A stretch of 64,000 bases of DNA. Source: Callorhinchus milii. Lineage: Eukaryota. The stretch spans positions 83,330,001-83,394,000 of the forward strand of contig NW_024704743.1 of NCBI RefSeq assembly GCF_018977255.1. Direction: 5' to 3'. Each line of letters begins with the position of its first letter. Within the stretch, counting starts at the first letter, position 1. This document shows, piece by piece, positions 13,533 through 27,180 of this stretch. The notes under the pieces are model-generated. The model searched no databases, was not told where the DNA came from, and was given only the letters and a program-made list of their open reading frames with translations. The position numbers and the translations under genes are program-made.

Positions 13533-13960
13533 AATAATAAAAATCCTTACATGTAATAGAGTGCTGTTCATGTTGCGGGGGGGAGGAGTAATCTCAAAGC
13601 ACTTTAATGTAAAGTGTCATGACTGTATATTTTGTAGATGATTTGCAGCAGCCAATTTGTGCACAGTAATGTTCCTCAATCAGCCCATGACGTGAGTGAC
13701 AATTTTACTTGGGTGATTATTGGCCAGGACCCTTATCTTTTTGAATAGTGTCATGGTATCTTTAACACCCACCTGAAAAGGCAAATGGGACCTTTGTTCA
13801 ACTTCTGAGCTGAAGGACAGCATCTTCAGCAATGCAGCAACAGCCCCATTACTGCATTGGAGTGATAGGCTGGACTGTGAGTTCAAAGTACCGACATGGG
13901 ACTTAAAACTCAAACCAGAGGCTTGGAGGTGAGAACGCTTCTGACAGAGCTGGGCTGACA
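13533..13960 (-). mobile_element. Deu-type tRNA-SINE, near full length
   Basis: gcagccaatttgtgcac, ggtatctttaacacccacctgaa, head gagctgggctg. Confidence 0.8.
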
Positions 13961-14904
13961 CAGTAGATCTACGAGGAGGCCTTGTTTATTGATATCTTCG
14001 CATTCCCCACTGTTTTATGTCAGGACTATCAGGAATGTCACTCAGATGGTGCCATCATGTGGAGTCTATTTTGTCAGGGACAGAACCAGTCCCTTTAGGG
14101 TTTCCTTTTATCTTCATGCAGAAATATTTTTAAACAGAGGGATATGCAATTTAACTTTTGGCTTTTGGTAATTATCATGTCAAATTGCTTATGAAATGCA
14201 GCATGTTTTACCTCTATTGTTACTATATTTTTCTCAGCAAGAACTGAAGAGTGAAATGAAAGTTTTGAAGGGGGCAATGCATCCTTTATACAATTCCTAC
14301 CTCAATAGAAAAAAATAGGATATTTTCAACAGGCCAATAATCTCCCAAAGGATCTTTGGAGTGCAGTCATATGGAATAAACAAGCAAGATATTAATCAAA
14401 CTGGGTTACTGTAGTATCTAGAAGATTAATAGAGTAACCAGTGCTGGGAAATATTTCAAGTGACATTAGGGAGCGCCACAGATTGAATTATATTTTTGAA
14501 TTGCACCAGTGCTAGGTTACTTTATTTATATTAATGCAGTGCAATAATAAAAATAAATACCGTACATTTACAATTGCTTATAATAGTTTCTCAGTGACAT
14601 AAACATAAAGTTGCTGTGATCTTCAAGGTCCTTTCCAACCACTAGACCGCAGGCCAAGCCCGTTGATCGGTAGAAAATGATTCCTGGACTGTAGGGAGGG
14701 CAGATTTTACCCTTCCTTGGCAGTTAAACCCTGGAAAATAAATATTGAATAAACAAAATAGGTTAGAAGTTCCTCTTTGGTTAAAATTTACAATAATACT
14801 ACCTGAATTCAAGGGAAAATAAAGGTAGTGGCAATCCAGGTCTGAAATGCAGAGACTGCTACCTGGGAGGGTATACTGCCACCTCAAGCGTTTTATGCCG
14901 GCAT

Positions 14905-15158
14905 AATTATAATAATAATAATCCTTGCATGTGATATAGTGCCCTATCACGTTGTTCAAATGTGTCAAAGCTCTTCACAAAATATATTGTAAAATGGATT
15001 GACTCTATATTGTGGGCGAAATGTGGGAGCCAATTGCTCACTGCAGTGTCCCACAAACATTCATTGAGGGACCAATTTTTTTGGGAGTGTTTATTACCCT
15101 TGGAAAGCGATTCGCCAATCGACTAACAGCCAGGTTCCTACTTACTGCTAGGTAAACA
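14905..15158 (-). mobile_element. CORE-like tRNA-SINE 3' part (interrupted by L2)
   Basis: Matches 26805 copy: gtttacctagcagtaagtaggaacctggctgttagtcgattggcg; (ATT)n tail. Confidence 0.85.
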
Positions 15159-15539
15159 ACAACAACAACTTGGATTTATATAGCGCCCTCCACGCCGGAT
15201 GGCGTCTCAGAGCGCTTCACAGTAATGGAGCCCAGGGCCGAGCCAGGGGAGGGGGTGAAGGTGACCAAAGGCGCAAGGTCTCCAGCTGAGACCTGAAAGT
15301 GGGAAGAGAGGGGACGAGGCGAAGAGAGTGAGGAAAGGGGTTCCAGAGCCTTGGGGTATAGTGGCTGAAGGCACGGCCGCCGATGCTGGAACGGAGGACT
15401 CGGGGACAAGGAGGAAGCCAGACCCAGTGGAGCGAAGGCAATGGGTACTGTTGTGAGGAGAGAGGAGGTCAGAGAGGTAGGGGCTGCAGAGGAGTGGAGG
15501 AATTTGAAGACAAGGGTGAGGGCCTTGAAGTATCTTGAA
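15159..15539 (-). mobile_element. L2 3' fragment (tail type B) nested in SINE
   Basis: SSIGGRAFSHYTPRLWNPFP; (TTG)n tail; TSD gtaaaca 15152-15158 / 15540-15546. Confidence 0.9.
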
Positions 15540-15604
15540 GTAAACAGAGGTAATGCTTTATAAAATTTCAAACTTGTCTTGTATGGTTCTAAAACTTTGT
15601 TTCA

Positions 15605-15890
15605 ATCTGGCTCAGTTGGTAGCAGTCTTGTTTCTGAGTCAGAAGGTTGTGGGTTCAAGCCCCACATCAGGACTTTGAATTCATAGTCTAGGGTGACCCT
15701 TTAATACAATAGATTGCTGGGGAAGGCCTGCATTGCCCTTTGTTTAAGGTGTTAAACCAAGGTCCTGTTTCCCCATTTAGGCGCACACTAAAGATTCCAT
15801 GCACTATTTGAAAAGAGAAGAGAGTTTCTCCTGGTGCCCTGGCCAACAATACCCCAAATAATGCTGTGTAGTCCTACAAAACACAGTCAT
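15605..15890 (+). mobile_element. Deu-type tRNA-SINE
   Basis: tggctcagttggtagc...gagtcagaaggttgtgggttcaagcccc head plus body. Confidence 0.85.
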
Positions 15891-16807
15891 TCAATGAACC
15901 CTCACAGCTGAAAAAGTCACCTTTTATGTCACAACAGAAAAGCAGACTTAGAAATCACTATGGAGAATTGGAATATTTAATAAAGTACTCTCTGTGTGAA
16001 AGTTGTTAAAACTTTGGGCTTTGGGAATTAAAGCAGTCCACTGTTTACTGTCTTATCCATCTAAGCTATACAGTAAATTCCTGATAACTTGACCCTGGCT
16101 TAATTTGTCATACTATCTAAGTCATCCTTCTGACATTATCCCAGCCACATTAATTTATGTATGTATACATATGCCTAACTCGCCACTCCGGATAACATGT
16201 CATTGAACCCTTTTCCCTTTGAGTGACAAGTTATCAGACATTTACTGTATTCAAAATGCACTATAAACGATGCTACTTCTTTACATTCTGACCCTTTTTC
16301 AGCTGTCCATGTTATGTACATGTCGATGCTTCTTGCCACAATCTGTTATCTTTCCTATTCTCCTTTGCATTTACCTCCCGCTGGTTGGAATCTCCTGAAA
16401 ATTTCTAAACTGACATTTCTCTTTGATTCTGCTGTCACTGCTTTTGGCTGGCAGCCTGATTGAACAGGGAGAGAGGAACACTGAAGCCTCTTCAAGGATC
16501 TGACAATGAACAGGTTTTTGTAAAGTACACAAGGCAAATGCAGCCTAAACTGCCTACCTGATAGCAAGGCCACTGGTTGCAATAACATGCTCAGGTTTGA
16601 CCTGGCATCTATCGTTGAGAAGTTTATTTTATTTGTTTTTCCTGAGTGAGCTCCAGCAGTGACAGAGGGAAGGCAACATTGATGTAAAGTGCAGTGCAAC
16701 CAGTTAACAGACACACTACTGACATTTGTTTCAAGGGCAATTGCTGCATAATGTTAAACATTGTAAGGAAACATCTCATTTGCCCCTTGTTATTGTTTGT
16801 AATGCTT

Positions 16808-17052
16808 TTCGTCTGCCTGTTTAGATCGATGTACATTGAAGTTTCCATGGCACTACTTGAACAGGGAAAGGAATGTCACTGGTATCCTGGCCAACAATCC
16901 TCCAGTGAAGTTGAGAGTTCACCTCCTGGCCATTTGTAGGACATTTCTGGTACTAACGACTGCTTACAAAACAGTCACTATATTTGACAATATTTACCTG
17001 TGAAGTCCTTTGAGACATCTTGATGCAATAAGACACTATACAAATGCAAATT
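16808..17052 (+). mobile_element. Deu-type SINE 3' fragment
   Basis: gtctgcctgtttag...ccatggcactac...cctggccaacaatcc...tail. Confidence 0.7.
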
Positions 17053-17904
17053 CCTTCCTTTCTTATTACTGCTGCTCAAAGGATGCCTGTGACTATACAG
17101 TTTGTGCAATGTGTTCCATGAGACATCATAGAAAGTTGAGATGACTCTTCTATTATCATGAATTGTTGCACTGAAATACACCATTTCGCATCTCAGAGAT
17201 CGAGTCTTCAGGTCTATTGATAACTTTGGCTCAGAGGTGTTGAGTCCGTCTGATTTTCCCCTCTTGTCCCCTTTCCTTCAGAGCGCATGAGACCTTTTCA
17301 CCTCCTCACTCCAAGCATAGTTAAGATCAGAAATTTATTCTCTGTGTTTGTGTGTTGGGGGGAGAGGGAAATCACAGTGACACAGAGAACTGAAACGCTA
17401 TTACACTGCATCTCCATGTGACAGAGGCACCATATTAAAAACGTAATTTATTCCTCTGGCCTTTGTATAGCATTTCTTCCTTTTCTCAAGTTTACCCTCG
17501 ATCAATAGTCTCAAACCACTTACACTTGTTTTTTTGTACACATTCCATTTATTATTATAAGCTTTCCTGTCCTAATTGTTTAGTGCTCTGTGCCAAATAT
17601 GCAGGATAAGCAATCTCATACTTCCAAAACCTTTTTATTGCTAGTAGCTGGAGAATGACCCTTTGGCTCTGTACCCAGCGGGTGGAGTTAGCTGGAGGTA
17701 AGACAATATACACCATCCATTTATTTCCTTCCTTCTTAAAATATGTTCTAATAGCAGAAGCAGCACAGTCTGAATTGTCCCATAAGAAATAGTCACTCAT
17801 GTCAAGGTTAGGTAATGCAGAGTGCACTAGGGCATGCACATTCATCCTTAAAACAACCCCAAACATTAGTGGAATCATCAAATGTCATTTTGGGACTTTG
17901 AGTT

Positions 17905-18222
17905 TATAGTCAAGGCTAACACATTGGCTGCTTAGAGGTTCCGTCCTTCAGATGAAACGTTTAGGAGAGGTCCCTGTCTGCCTGTTCAGGAGGATGTTAA
18001 AGATCCCAGGGTACCATTCATTATTTCTGGTGTCCTGGCTAATAATCTTCCAGACAAAAATAGTCATTGACTTCACAGCTGTTTGTGGGACATCACTCTG
18101 TGCAAATTGGGCTGCTGCGTTTGCCAAGATATATGCACATTGCACTTAATAGAAAACTGTGAAGCACTTTGAGACGTTTTGAATTCATTTTGTAGGCTTT
18201 ATATCAAATGCAAGGATTTATT
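17905..18222 (+). mobile_element. Deu-type SINE, 5'-truncated
   Basis: ccgtccttcagatgaaacgttta...gttaaagatccc...atatcaaatgcaaggatt. Confidence 0.8.
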
Positions 18223-19039
18223 ACTGCACCATGTAGTCATACTGCACCAACCACCCCTTTACACTGCATCACCATGCGGCTGAGGAACCATATTAAAATT
18301 GCCATTCATTCAATCAATCAGGAAGAACATTCAATGGATGGAGTTAGTTGAAAGAAGGATGATGTACATCATCCCTCTCTCTGGTTGTCTCTATTTTGAT
18401 TCTCCACATTGACCAACATAAGAGGTACATTGCGAGATAACTGCTAATTTTGGCATAATAATAATAATAATCCTTGCTTTTCATTCGTCTCAAAGTGTTT
18501 TGCAGGATTTTGCTGTGAAGCGTAGTGAATGTGTATGTGGAGCTGTCCACCACAGCAGGACTCTAAGAATACCACAGGCAAACACTGTTTATAGTTTGTT
18601 CTACGCTTGAATCAGTTATGAAACATTGCATATTTTACCCTATTGTTCTTAAAAAGTCACTTGGTGAAAATGTGTTTGACAAACGTTTCTCTGTTGGAGT
18701 AACAATACAAAGTCAGCCAAGAAAGTAGACCCAGAGGATGTGAACGGAAATGAGTGAAAGTAAATTCAGAACAGATAGCAGGGCAAGAATCTTTACTGGA
18801 GAGAGCAGTAAATGTAAATGGAATATTCTACGAAGCAAGGTGACAGGGACATTTGTGCGATCACATCTTCAAAAATTGCAATCCAAACTTGCTATCAAGC
18901 AGTTTGGGAGTGAACAATCCCCTAAGTGAACTAATTTCAATGTTACATTTTCCCTTCTCGTCTCACCACTGCTCTCAATGCTGGACAGTTGTTCCTGTAC
19001 GACTGCACTTGTGACTATAAAACTATTCCTGCATATTCT

Positions 19040-19208
19040 CTTAAAACAACTTTTAAGAGAGAAATAGATAATTATTTGGGGAGGACAAATTTGCAGGGCT
19101 ATGGTGAGAGCGCGGGGAAGTGGGATTGATTTAGAAGCTCTTTTCAAAGAGCCAGCACAGACACGTTGGGCTGAATGGCCTCCTTCCGTGCTGTATAATT
19201 CTATGATT
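19040..19208 (+). mobile_element. CR1 LINE 3' tail
   Basis: atttgcagggctatgg...gagccagcacagacacgttgggctgaatggcctccttccgtgctgta...ttctatgat. Confidence 0.8.
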
Positions 19209-19246
19209 TGTGTGTCTGACCCTCTGACTCTGAGGCGAGGGAGTGA

Positions 19247-19690
19247 CCAGCCTGGCTCAGCTGGTAGCTCCCTCACCTCAGAGTCAGAAGGTTGTGGGTT
19301 CAAGCCCCTCATTGGGATTTTGAACTCATCTAGTCTAAGCTGACTCTCCAATGCAGTGCTATAAGTGTGATCCATTGTTGGAGATGCCATCCTTCGGATG
19401 AAACTTTAAAACCGAGACACATCTGCCTGTTTAGGTGGACGTTTAAAGATCCCTTGACGTTTTTCAAAAAGAGAAGAGAGTTTCTCCAAATGTCCTGGCC
19501 AACAATCCTCCAAATAAAATTGGTCATTCACTTCATGGCTGTTGTGGGATATTGATGTGTGCAAATTGGCTGCTTCATTCATACATAAAATACATGGACA
19601 CTGCACTTTACAGTATATCCTTTGAAGTGCATTGGGACTTCCTCCCTAGGTAAAAGACATTAAACCAAATTGTAAGGATTTTTATTATAA
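19247..19690 (+). mobile_element. Full-length Deu-type tRNA-SINE with inverted copy of its head immediately upstream
   Basis: A/B boxes, body and tail present; 19220-19251 is the reverse complement of 19260-19291. Confidence 0.88.
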
Positions 19691-21599
19691 TTATTATTTT
19701 CTTTTAGGTATCAGAATATTAGCTAGCTGTTCACTCCAGTCAATACTAAACACTACTGGTTCATACAAAAACTCTTAATAATAATATAATAATAATCTTT
19801 GTATTTTTTAACAATAAACTAAAATAAAGAAAAGAGAAAGGAGCAATTTAAAACTAAAAATCACTTCCATAGAATGGGTTTGAATTGAACGGTAGTAATT
19901 ATGAATCTAACACTTGGCCTTAGTGTATGTAAATCAAGAGCATAATAATCCAGACTGTGCCTATAGTTGGAGAAAGCATTAACATCACATCATTCCTTCC
20001 ACATCCATTATCTTATTGCAATCTAGCATTAACCCTCTGGAAATATAAAACATATTGCTAGCACTCAGGCTGAACTATGCACATTTACAACAATGAATGC
20101 ATTAGTCAACAAATAAAAAAAATTAAGATTATAAAGGTGTTTAATAGACAGGAAAGTCAGTTAAAGTATCTCATCAGCCCACACAGCAAAATACGTTTGT
20201 AGGTTACAGCGTCAGCTGCAGGTGCTTTTCTAGTCTCAACTCAACTGATTTCATTCACACCATTCTTAAGCATTTTATTTCCATTAATCTATATCCCTTC
20301 ACATGGTTATTCACCATAAAATCATTCAGGAAGGTTGTGATAGAGACAGTAGTATCCTCTATCGCAATATGTGCATTTGGCCCTATGTATATACCCCTTT
20401 GCATTAGTCCATGTACATTAGTCTCTGTGCAGGAGTGTCTGCAATGTGAATGAATAAACAGTGTTCCCAGAACAATGCACAGCCACTTTTTAGTTTCAAG
20501 TGGACCATGTCATCATCCACTCAAGCACAGAGAGGATCGCTGAGAATTATATTGTGTAAAATTCAGGCCTCAAACCAATGATAGCATTGTAAGGGCACCT
20601 GGTATCTTCACTGAGCCATATTATGTATATACAAACTCCATTCTATTTTAGTTTCTTTGCCTATCATACTTCTTCCCCCTTTCCACCCTCTTTGGGTCCC
20701 CCCACCCCCTAACAACTAGCTTGAGTGCCCAGCCAATTATTTAAAGCACTTTGAGACATCCTCCCAACATGAAAGGTGCTATATAAATGTAAATTGTATT
20801 GTTTTCTTCTTTATATTCTGCTCTTTAGGGATATTTCACACAGAGAAGAGAAAAAGGCTTTCTTTCCTTCTTCAAAAGCATTTTAATCCTGCCATATATG
20901 TTTAGAAATCAGACTGATTTTACTGGTACATGAGCAATATGGTCCCGCTGCAGCGAGATTTATATTGTTTCAGTGGCAGTAAGCAGAGCCCACCACCTGT
21001 GAGGCATCTGCTTCTCCATCTCATGTTGATTATATTCTCTCACTTTTCTCAGGGTCAATGCCCAGTCACCTCCCAGGCTCAAGGCAGAATTCGTTCCTCC
21101 TCACAGTCACTATCCTCAATGACAATCCCAACAAGGTACTGTCAACATTTCCTACCTTCTGATGGTGAGTTAAACATAAAATTGGCCTTACCTTACACCC
21201 AGCCTGGATGACTGCGAAAGGTCTCCAATGAAAGCTATCCATCACTGATCTCTTTGGACCTCATTGCTTGCAGCACTTAAGCAAATTTAAAGAAAATTTG
21301 GAAGCATAAAGATTCTTCTATATCCAATTGTTAACTGGCCTGGCTTTTCCCGACCTTTATTATGGCCTGGTCCAGCTGGTCAGCTGCCTTACAAGGTAGT
21401 TTAATGATAAAAACTTTAGACTTCTGCAAATATTCAGCCTTAGCATTAAGCTCCATGTAAGCTGTTTGGGGGACATTGCTGTGCGCAAATTGCCAGCTGG
21501 CTGACCAAATAAAATTGGGTCAAGAATAAAGAGCTTGACTCATGTGTAAATTGAAGAAATATCTATTTCTCTCATTGGAAAGCACCAAGACAGTAGAAC

Positions 21600-21840
21600 A
21601 ATGGGACACGTTTGGAGTTGTAAAGGGGCAATTTCAGGACAGGTCCCAGCGAGTTTGCTCAGAGGGTAATTAATAACTAAAACAGGTTACCAATATGGTA
21701 GTTAAGGCCAGGACACTGGACTCACTTAAAATTCAGCTTTATGCTGTAATGGGAACACATTTAGATGGGTATTCTGGAAGAATGAGATAAAATGGATTGA
21801 AGGACCTTCTTCATTCAAACCGATCTTGAATCTTGTGATG
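21600..21840 (+). mobile_element. CR1 LINE 3' fragment
   Basis: gggacacg...caatttcaggacag...cagagggtaat...; tail is reverse complement of the 31290 copy. Confidence 0.65.
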
Positions 21841-22379
21841 CTTATTATGCTGTGTAGGTGATGTCAATGTGAGGAAAACATTATAGCATGCCCAAAACCA
21901 AACACACAGTATAATCAGAGAATAACATGATCACCAGCTGGAACAATCCAGGCATTTAAACCCAGGCCTTCAAGCACACTGACACAATGATGCTTCTCCA
22001 GAACTCTGCGAATCACTGGTGACAACATATAACATTGAGTTTGGATATAGCTCAAACCTGACAACTTAGGGGAACAAATGTTGAATTGAAATATTAGTCC
22101 CACTAGAAGCAGAACATACAATTTGGGAGCAATGATCCATAAAAAATATACCACTTGTGCCTTGGATTTTATAACTCTTGAAGTACTGGCGAGTTATTCA
22201 ATCTAGTGTCACTCAGCATCACGAATTACAAGAAGACTGTGTTCTCACGGTTTGGGTGCTAATATGTACTGTGCATTATCTGGTCCTATCTCACATTCTC
22301 TGTGCACAAAATCCAATGAAAGTACCTCAAGCAAAAAGATTGGGAGAAAATATAATCCCTAAAGAGGCTGCTCCCTTCG

Positions 22380-22650
22380 CTCTGTGAGCACTGGACTGCT
22401 TTGTGTCTCTCTCCCCCTACCCCATCTGACCCACCATCAGCGGATTGGCTTTCAGCCATTCTGCTCCCGTTCTCTGGCACTCCATCCCAGAGTTCCCTCC
22501 AACTCGTCCCCCGCTTCTCAAAACATATCTTTTTGCTAGCACTTTCGGTCGTGTTTCCCCCTCGGCTCCCCCACCCAGCCATCAGTATCCAGTGCTTTAA
22601 GATGTCCTTCCAACTGAAAGGACAAATTAATTGTATTATGTTGTTAGTCA
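22380..22650 (+). mobile_element. Degenerate L2 3' fragment
   Basis: cccaccatcagcggattggctttcagccattctgctccc...; decayed type A tail. Confidence 0.7.
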
Positions 22651-22764
22651 AATCTTTTTCATTTGGTTGCAAACCCACAACATGATAATACACATCAATG
22701 CAAGAAAGAAATATAATATTTTATAGCAGATTTGATCATTAACAAACACGTTTTTAGTTACAAA

Positions 22765-23080
22765 AGGTGCCCTCGTTCAGATGAGACGTTAAACCAAGGT
22801 CTTGTCTGCCCTTTCAGGTGGACGTTAAAGATCCCTTGGCACTATTTGAAAAGAGAGAAGGGAGTTCCTACCGGTGTCCTAGCCAACAATCCAACAAATA
22901 ACATTGGTCATTCAACTCATTGCTGTTTGTGGGACATTGCTGTATACAAATTGGATGCAATGTTCACCGACAAAACACAGAGTCATTACAATTTACAGTA
23001 CATCCTGTGAACTGCTTTGAGACATCCTCCTGATTTGAAAGGGGCTATATGAAATGTAAGTATTATTATTATTATTATCT
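22765..23080 (+). mobile_element. Deu-type SINE, 5'-truncated
   Basis: cagatgagacgttaaaccaaggtcttgtctgccctttcaggtggacgttaaagatccc; (ATT)n tail. Confidence 0.85.
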
Positions 23081-24149
23081 TTTGTCTCCTTTAATGAAAA
23101 TGATATTTTACTGTCTGTTTTACTCCTTGAACTAAAATATATTTTACATGAATACATTTTTCTTCAACTTCATTCATTTGCAACTCGAAGATTTACTGGT
23201 ACTTTTTAAAATTTATTGCATTGTCTCGATAGTCTCAGCTTTCATTGACAGAAAGCGATTTTCTTTTACTTAGCGTAGCTTTATAAGGGAAATTTCTTTC
23301 CCAAATGGCACAATTCCCAGAACAGGACAAAGCAAATTTGCCAATCCCCAGAGCAAGCATAAAGCATAGATTTTGCATTTTTACTGAAAGCCAAAAAATG
23401 ATTTGTTCTCCGCTCCCAGGCAATAGTCAGGATTATTAAATTATGCAACCCACAGGGCTGCACAGCAGTAGTGCATATGCTCTGCAATGGTCGCCAATAT
23501 TATTTCTCAACGTCAATACAAACACTGGGTGCAAAACAAAGGTTAAAAACTTGATTATTGATAATACTTCAGCTCTGAAACATAAAAGCTTGCACTGATA
23601 CTTGTTTCCAGGGACTGAAGTCCACTTACAGGGGTTAGAATTGTGGTATGTGATATTATCACATCGACCAAAAATGTGGTCGAATGTACTCAATAGATAT
23701 CACTGGTTTCAGGGATGGGGCACTTCATCCCTGAGGCCAGTGACAATACCAACTACTTTTACTACATTTACAGTCGATGTGATAATATCCCCAGTGATAA
23801 TATCATGAGCCACAATTTTGACCTCATATTTTTCAGTCACAGGTTTTAGATTGTGAGTTACATTACTTCAAATAGAACCTTTGTTTTACCTTTTATTGCA
23901 ACATTTGGAGAACCAAGTGCTGCAAGGACTGACATCTCAGATTTCTTGTAAATGTCAGTACTGGATTAGCACTATTTGCTTTAAACTCCAGCCTTAATTG
24001 TCTTTGAGTTTTAGTTATCTCTTGACCAGATTGCCTTTCTTTGCGTGGAACAAATGGTTACATTTTTGTGTTGATAAAACAAATAATCCTTGCATTTGAT
24101 ACAATGGAAAATTTTAAACTTGCAATGAGGACAGAAGCTGGAGAATTTT

Positions 24150-24550
24150 TATTTTGGTCAGCTGGGTGTCTGCCATAGGCAGGAACCCATCATCATGATC
24201 AGGAGTCTCCAAACCAATTCATCGAAAATTCTGCATACATATAGCTTTAGTTTGTCTGGGATGCAGTATGCACTCTCTTCCCAGGGGGATACATTCTGTG
24301 TAAACCTGGGAAATATAGGTGCAAGTTGACAAGACCCAAGTCTTCCAAAGGCAAGAGCCAAGGGATCCAAAGTGTGCATTGTGATACTACTGGAATTTAA
24401 CCAGTTAATAACCATGCTATTGCAAACACCAGCTAGGATCACCTTATTCATTAGGGCTTTGGCTTGCAGGGTTAACAAGAACCAATTGGGAAGAATCCCT
24501 ACCCCCAACAATTTGTTTGTTCCTCCAAGTCCTGCAGCAAACCAGACTGA
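24150..24550 (+). mobile_element. Unclassified interspersed repeat copy
   Basis: ttttggtcagctggg...gcaagagccaagg...agggctttggcttgcagggttaac...cctccaagtcctgc. Confidence 0.7.
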
Positions 24551-24564
24551 TTGAAACTGTGGAC

Positions 24565-24850
24565 GTTATTCATGTTTGAGCCTTGGCTGTGAGTGTCCGC
24601 AGACTCCACTGTAGATCCCAGCAGAGTCTGACCTCTCCCCACTTGGCTGCCACACATGTGCACTACCAGTAGAGGATGCTATAGCAGAGCTAGGAGCAGG
24701 AACCCTATCTGATTTTCTCTTCCTAAGAAAACTAGGGTTAATTTATTCTCTAACTGAAACCCAGCTGAGACCAACAAACTCAGCATGGACTGGGATTTGA
24801 TCCAGTGAGCTCCTGGTCTGTAAACTGCAGTTCTATTTACTGGACTATCG
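24565..24850 (-). mobile_element. Ancient tRNA-SINE, AmnSINE2-like
   Basis: ggagcaggaaccct..ctgattttc, cagctgagacc..aactcagca, cctggtctgt; similar to copies at 31820, 47500 and 51290. Confidence 0.55.
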
Positions 24851-25249
24851 TTGAATGGGGGGATTTGTGGTGCACAAACTGTCTGCCATATTTGCTTACA
24901 ATTGCACAGTCAGTAAGCTGAACATTAATTACCTGCGACGTGCTTTGTGAAAAAAATAGAGTGAGGATTTTGTGCGCCTTTGCCAAATAGTGGCTTCAAA
25001 ATAATTATGCTGTACAATTAAAACTCTGAAGTTAGAAGCCAATTATGTGGCTCGAATTTAAAGCAAATGATGCCAATCCAGTACTGACAGAAATCAGAGA
25101 AATGTTCAACTCCAACCAGTTAGTTTTGATACTAAACACAAAGCATCCCCTTTGTAATAATTAGAGATGTGAGGGATGCTTTGCATTGTGACTTACCACA
25201 ATTTCCCCACAATAGATGATGCTACATTGTTGTGTTAGTCAACAAAGGA

Positions 25250-25495
25250 ATAATAATAATAATTATCCTTGCATTTAATATCGCACCTTATTACATCTTC
25301 GAAATGTCTCAAAGCGCTTTACAAGATATACTGTAAAGTTTAGTGTCCGTATGTATTTTTTGGGTGAATGTGGAAGCCAATTAATGTCCCACATACAGCC
25401 ATGAAGTGAGTGATCAATTTTGTTTAGGGGATTGTTGGCAGGGACACCAGGAGAAACTCCCTTTTCGTTCCTGTTTAATGTCTCATCCGAAGGAG
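25250..25495 (-). mobile_element. Deu-type SINE 3' part
   Basis: (AAT)n atccttgcattt...tctcaaagcgcttt...gtctcatccgaagga. Confidence 0.8.
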
Positions 25496-25534
25496 AAATA
25501 GTATTTTGGCATTCATTACAAGAATATAAAAGTT

Positions 25535-25912
25535 AGGAAGAGCTTCTTCACTTACATAGACCTCATTTGGAGTACTGTGATCAGTTTTGTGCACCTTGAC
25601 AGAGGGATCCAATACAAGGGGGGATAGCCTTAAAATCAGAGACAAAATAAATAGAACTGAGGTTAAAAAGCATTTATTTACATAAAGGGTTGTGAAGATA
25701 TATTATGCTCTGTCTCAGAAAGCTGTAGAGATGGAATCAATAGGAATGCAAAGGAGAGCTGGACAGATACTTGGATAGTTGAGGAATAAAGGGGAATAGC
25801 GAAAGGGCTGGGCATTGGGATTGAAACATCAGACAAGAATTAATCAACTGATGGTACTGCACAGGCTTTATGGGCCGAATGACCTCTTCCTGTTTCTATT
25901 TTCCTATGCTTC
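25535..25912 (+). mobile_element. CR1 LINE fragments
   Basis: agacctcatttggagtactgtg (RPHLEYC); tail atgggccgaatgacctcttcctg...ttcctatg. Confidence 0.8.
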
Positions 25913-26804
25913 TAAAGTGTACATATTTTTAAAAGCTGCTACATGTAGATATACAACATTATAAATATATTTAAATACCATATATAAATTGTATCAATCT
26001 CGCTATTAAGAAGAAGCATATTTCCATGGTCATGAAACGGAGAGCACGCTGTAGGAAGCATATTTGACAGAAAGTGGATGTTAACCACTACAGAAGGACC
26101 ATTTTTGTAAAAATAATGAAGAAACTTTGATTTTACCACACAAAATTAACTTTATTAACTGGTATATAAAATTAACTTCACCAACTGACAAATATCTCTC
26201 GATTATGACAAATATGCACTTATTAAGCATGCGTCTGTGAGGGAGAAAATTATGAGGCTAAATTTATGTGTGTGAAATACAGTCCTCAAAATGCACCAGC
26301 AATCTATACCTCCTCTTAGCTGTCTTCTCGAGCTCAGTAAATATAGCAAGAGGTGACTTTAATTGTGTTAGGAATGAACAATTAGATAGATTAGCTGGGG
26401 GGGATGTAATTCTTTTAAGTCTGCAAAGGCATTATGCAATAGCTGTAAAGATCTCGGATTAGTTGACACATAGAGAAAATGAACCCCAGGAAGGATGATT
26501 ATATTTCCTATTTCCATCTTCTGGTTGACTCTTTTGATTTAAAATTGTTACAAATAGTATTGTTGTACCTCTTTCTTTTCAGACACATCTATGTGAGATG
26601 TGCCTCTTGCCAGTGCTTCTCAATGCAGCCAGGGTAAGGTTTGGTTAACATTCCTGGGTCGAACAGATTGAGCAACGAGACTCACTGCCTCTGCAATGGT
26701 GCCGAGGCTTGTTTAATGTGCAAGCAGCAGAAAATGATTCATCGTGTATGGATGTTGTGCAAATAATCTTAGGTGTTTGTTGAACGTTATTTGTTGACTG
26801 TGCA

Positions 26805-27180
26805 ATCCTGTAGCGTACTGGTTAGAGCACTCATCTCGCAAGAGAGAGGACCCAAATTTGATTCTGGGCAGAGCGAAACCTTATGCAAGTTTCCTTACTC
26901 CACATGCCTCTGTTTACCTAGCAATAAGTAGGAACCCAGTTGTTAGTCGATTGGCGGATCACTTTCCAGGAGTAATAATCCCTTTGATAAAAATAAAATT
27001 AAAAAGATAATAATAATTTGGTCACTCAATCGACGAATGTTTGTGGGGCACTGCTGTGCGCAATTGGCTAACGCGTTTCGCCAACAAAATATACAGTCAA
27101 TTCACTTTACAGCATATTCTGTGAAGCACTTTGAGACGTCTCAACAATGTGATATATCAAATGTGAGGATCATTATTATT
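26805..27180 (+). mobile_element. Full-length CORE-like tRNA-SINE
   Basis: tRNA head tcctgtagc...ggttagagcac; accttatgcaagtttccttac...cctctgtttacctagc; shared 3' tail. Confidence 0.85.

Noticed and set aside
18869..19390. 173 aa ORF
   Set aside because: Chance frame across antisense SINE, CR1 tail and unique DNA.
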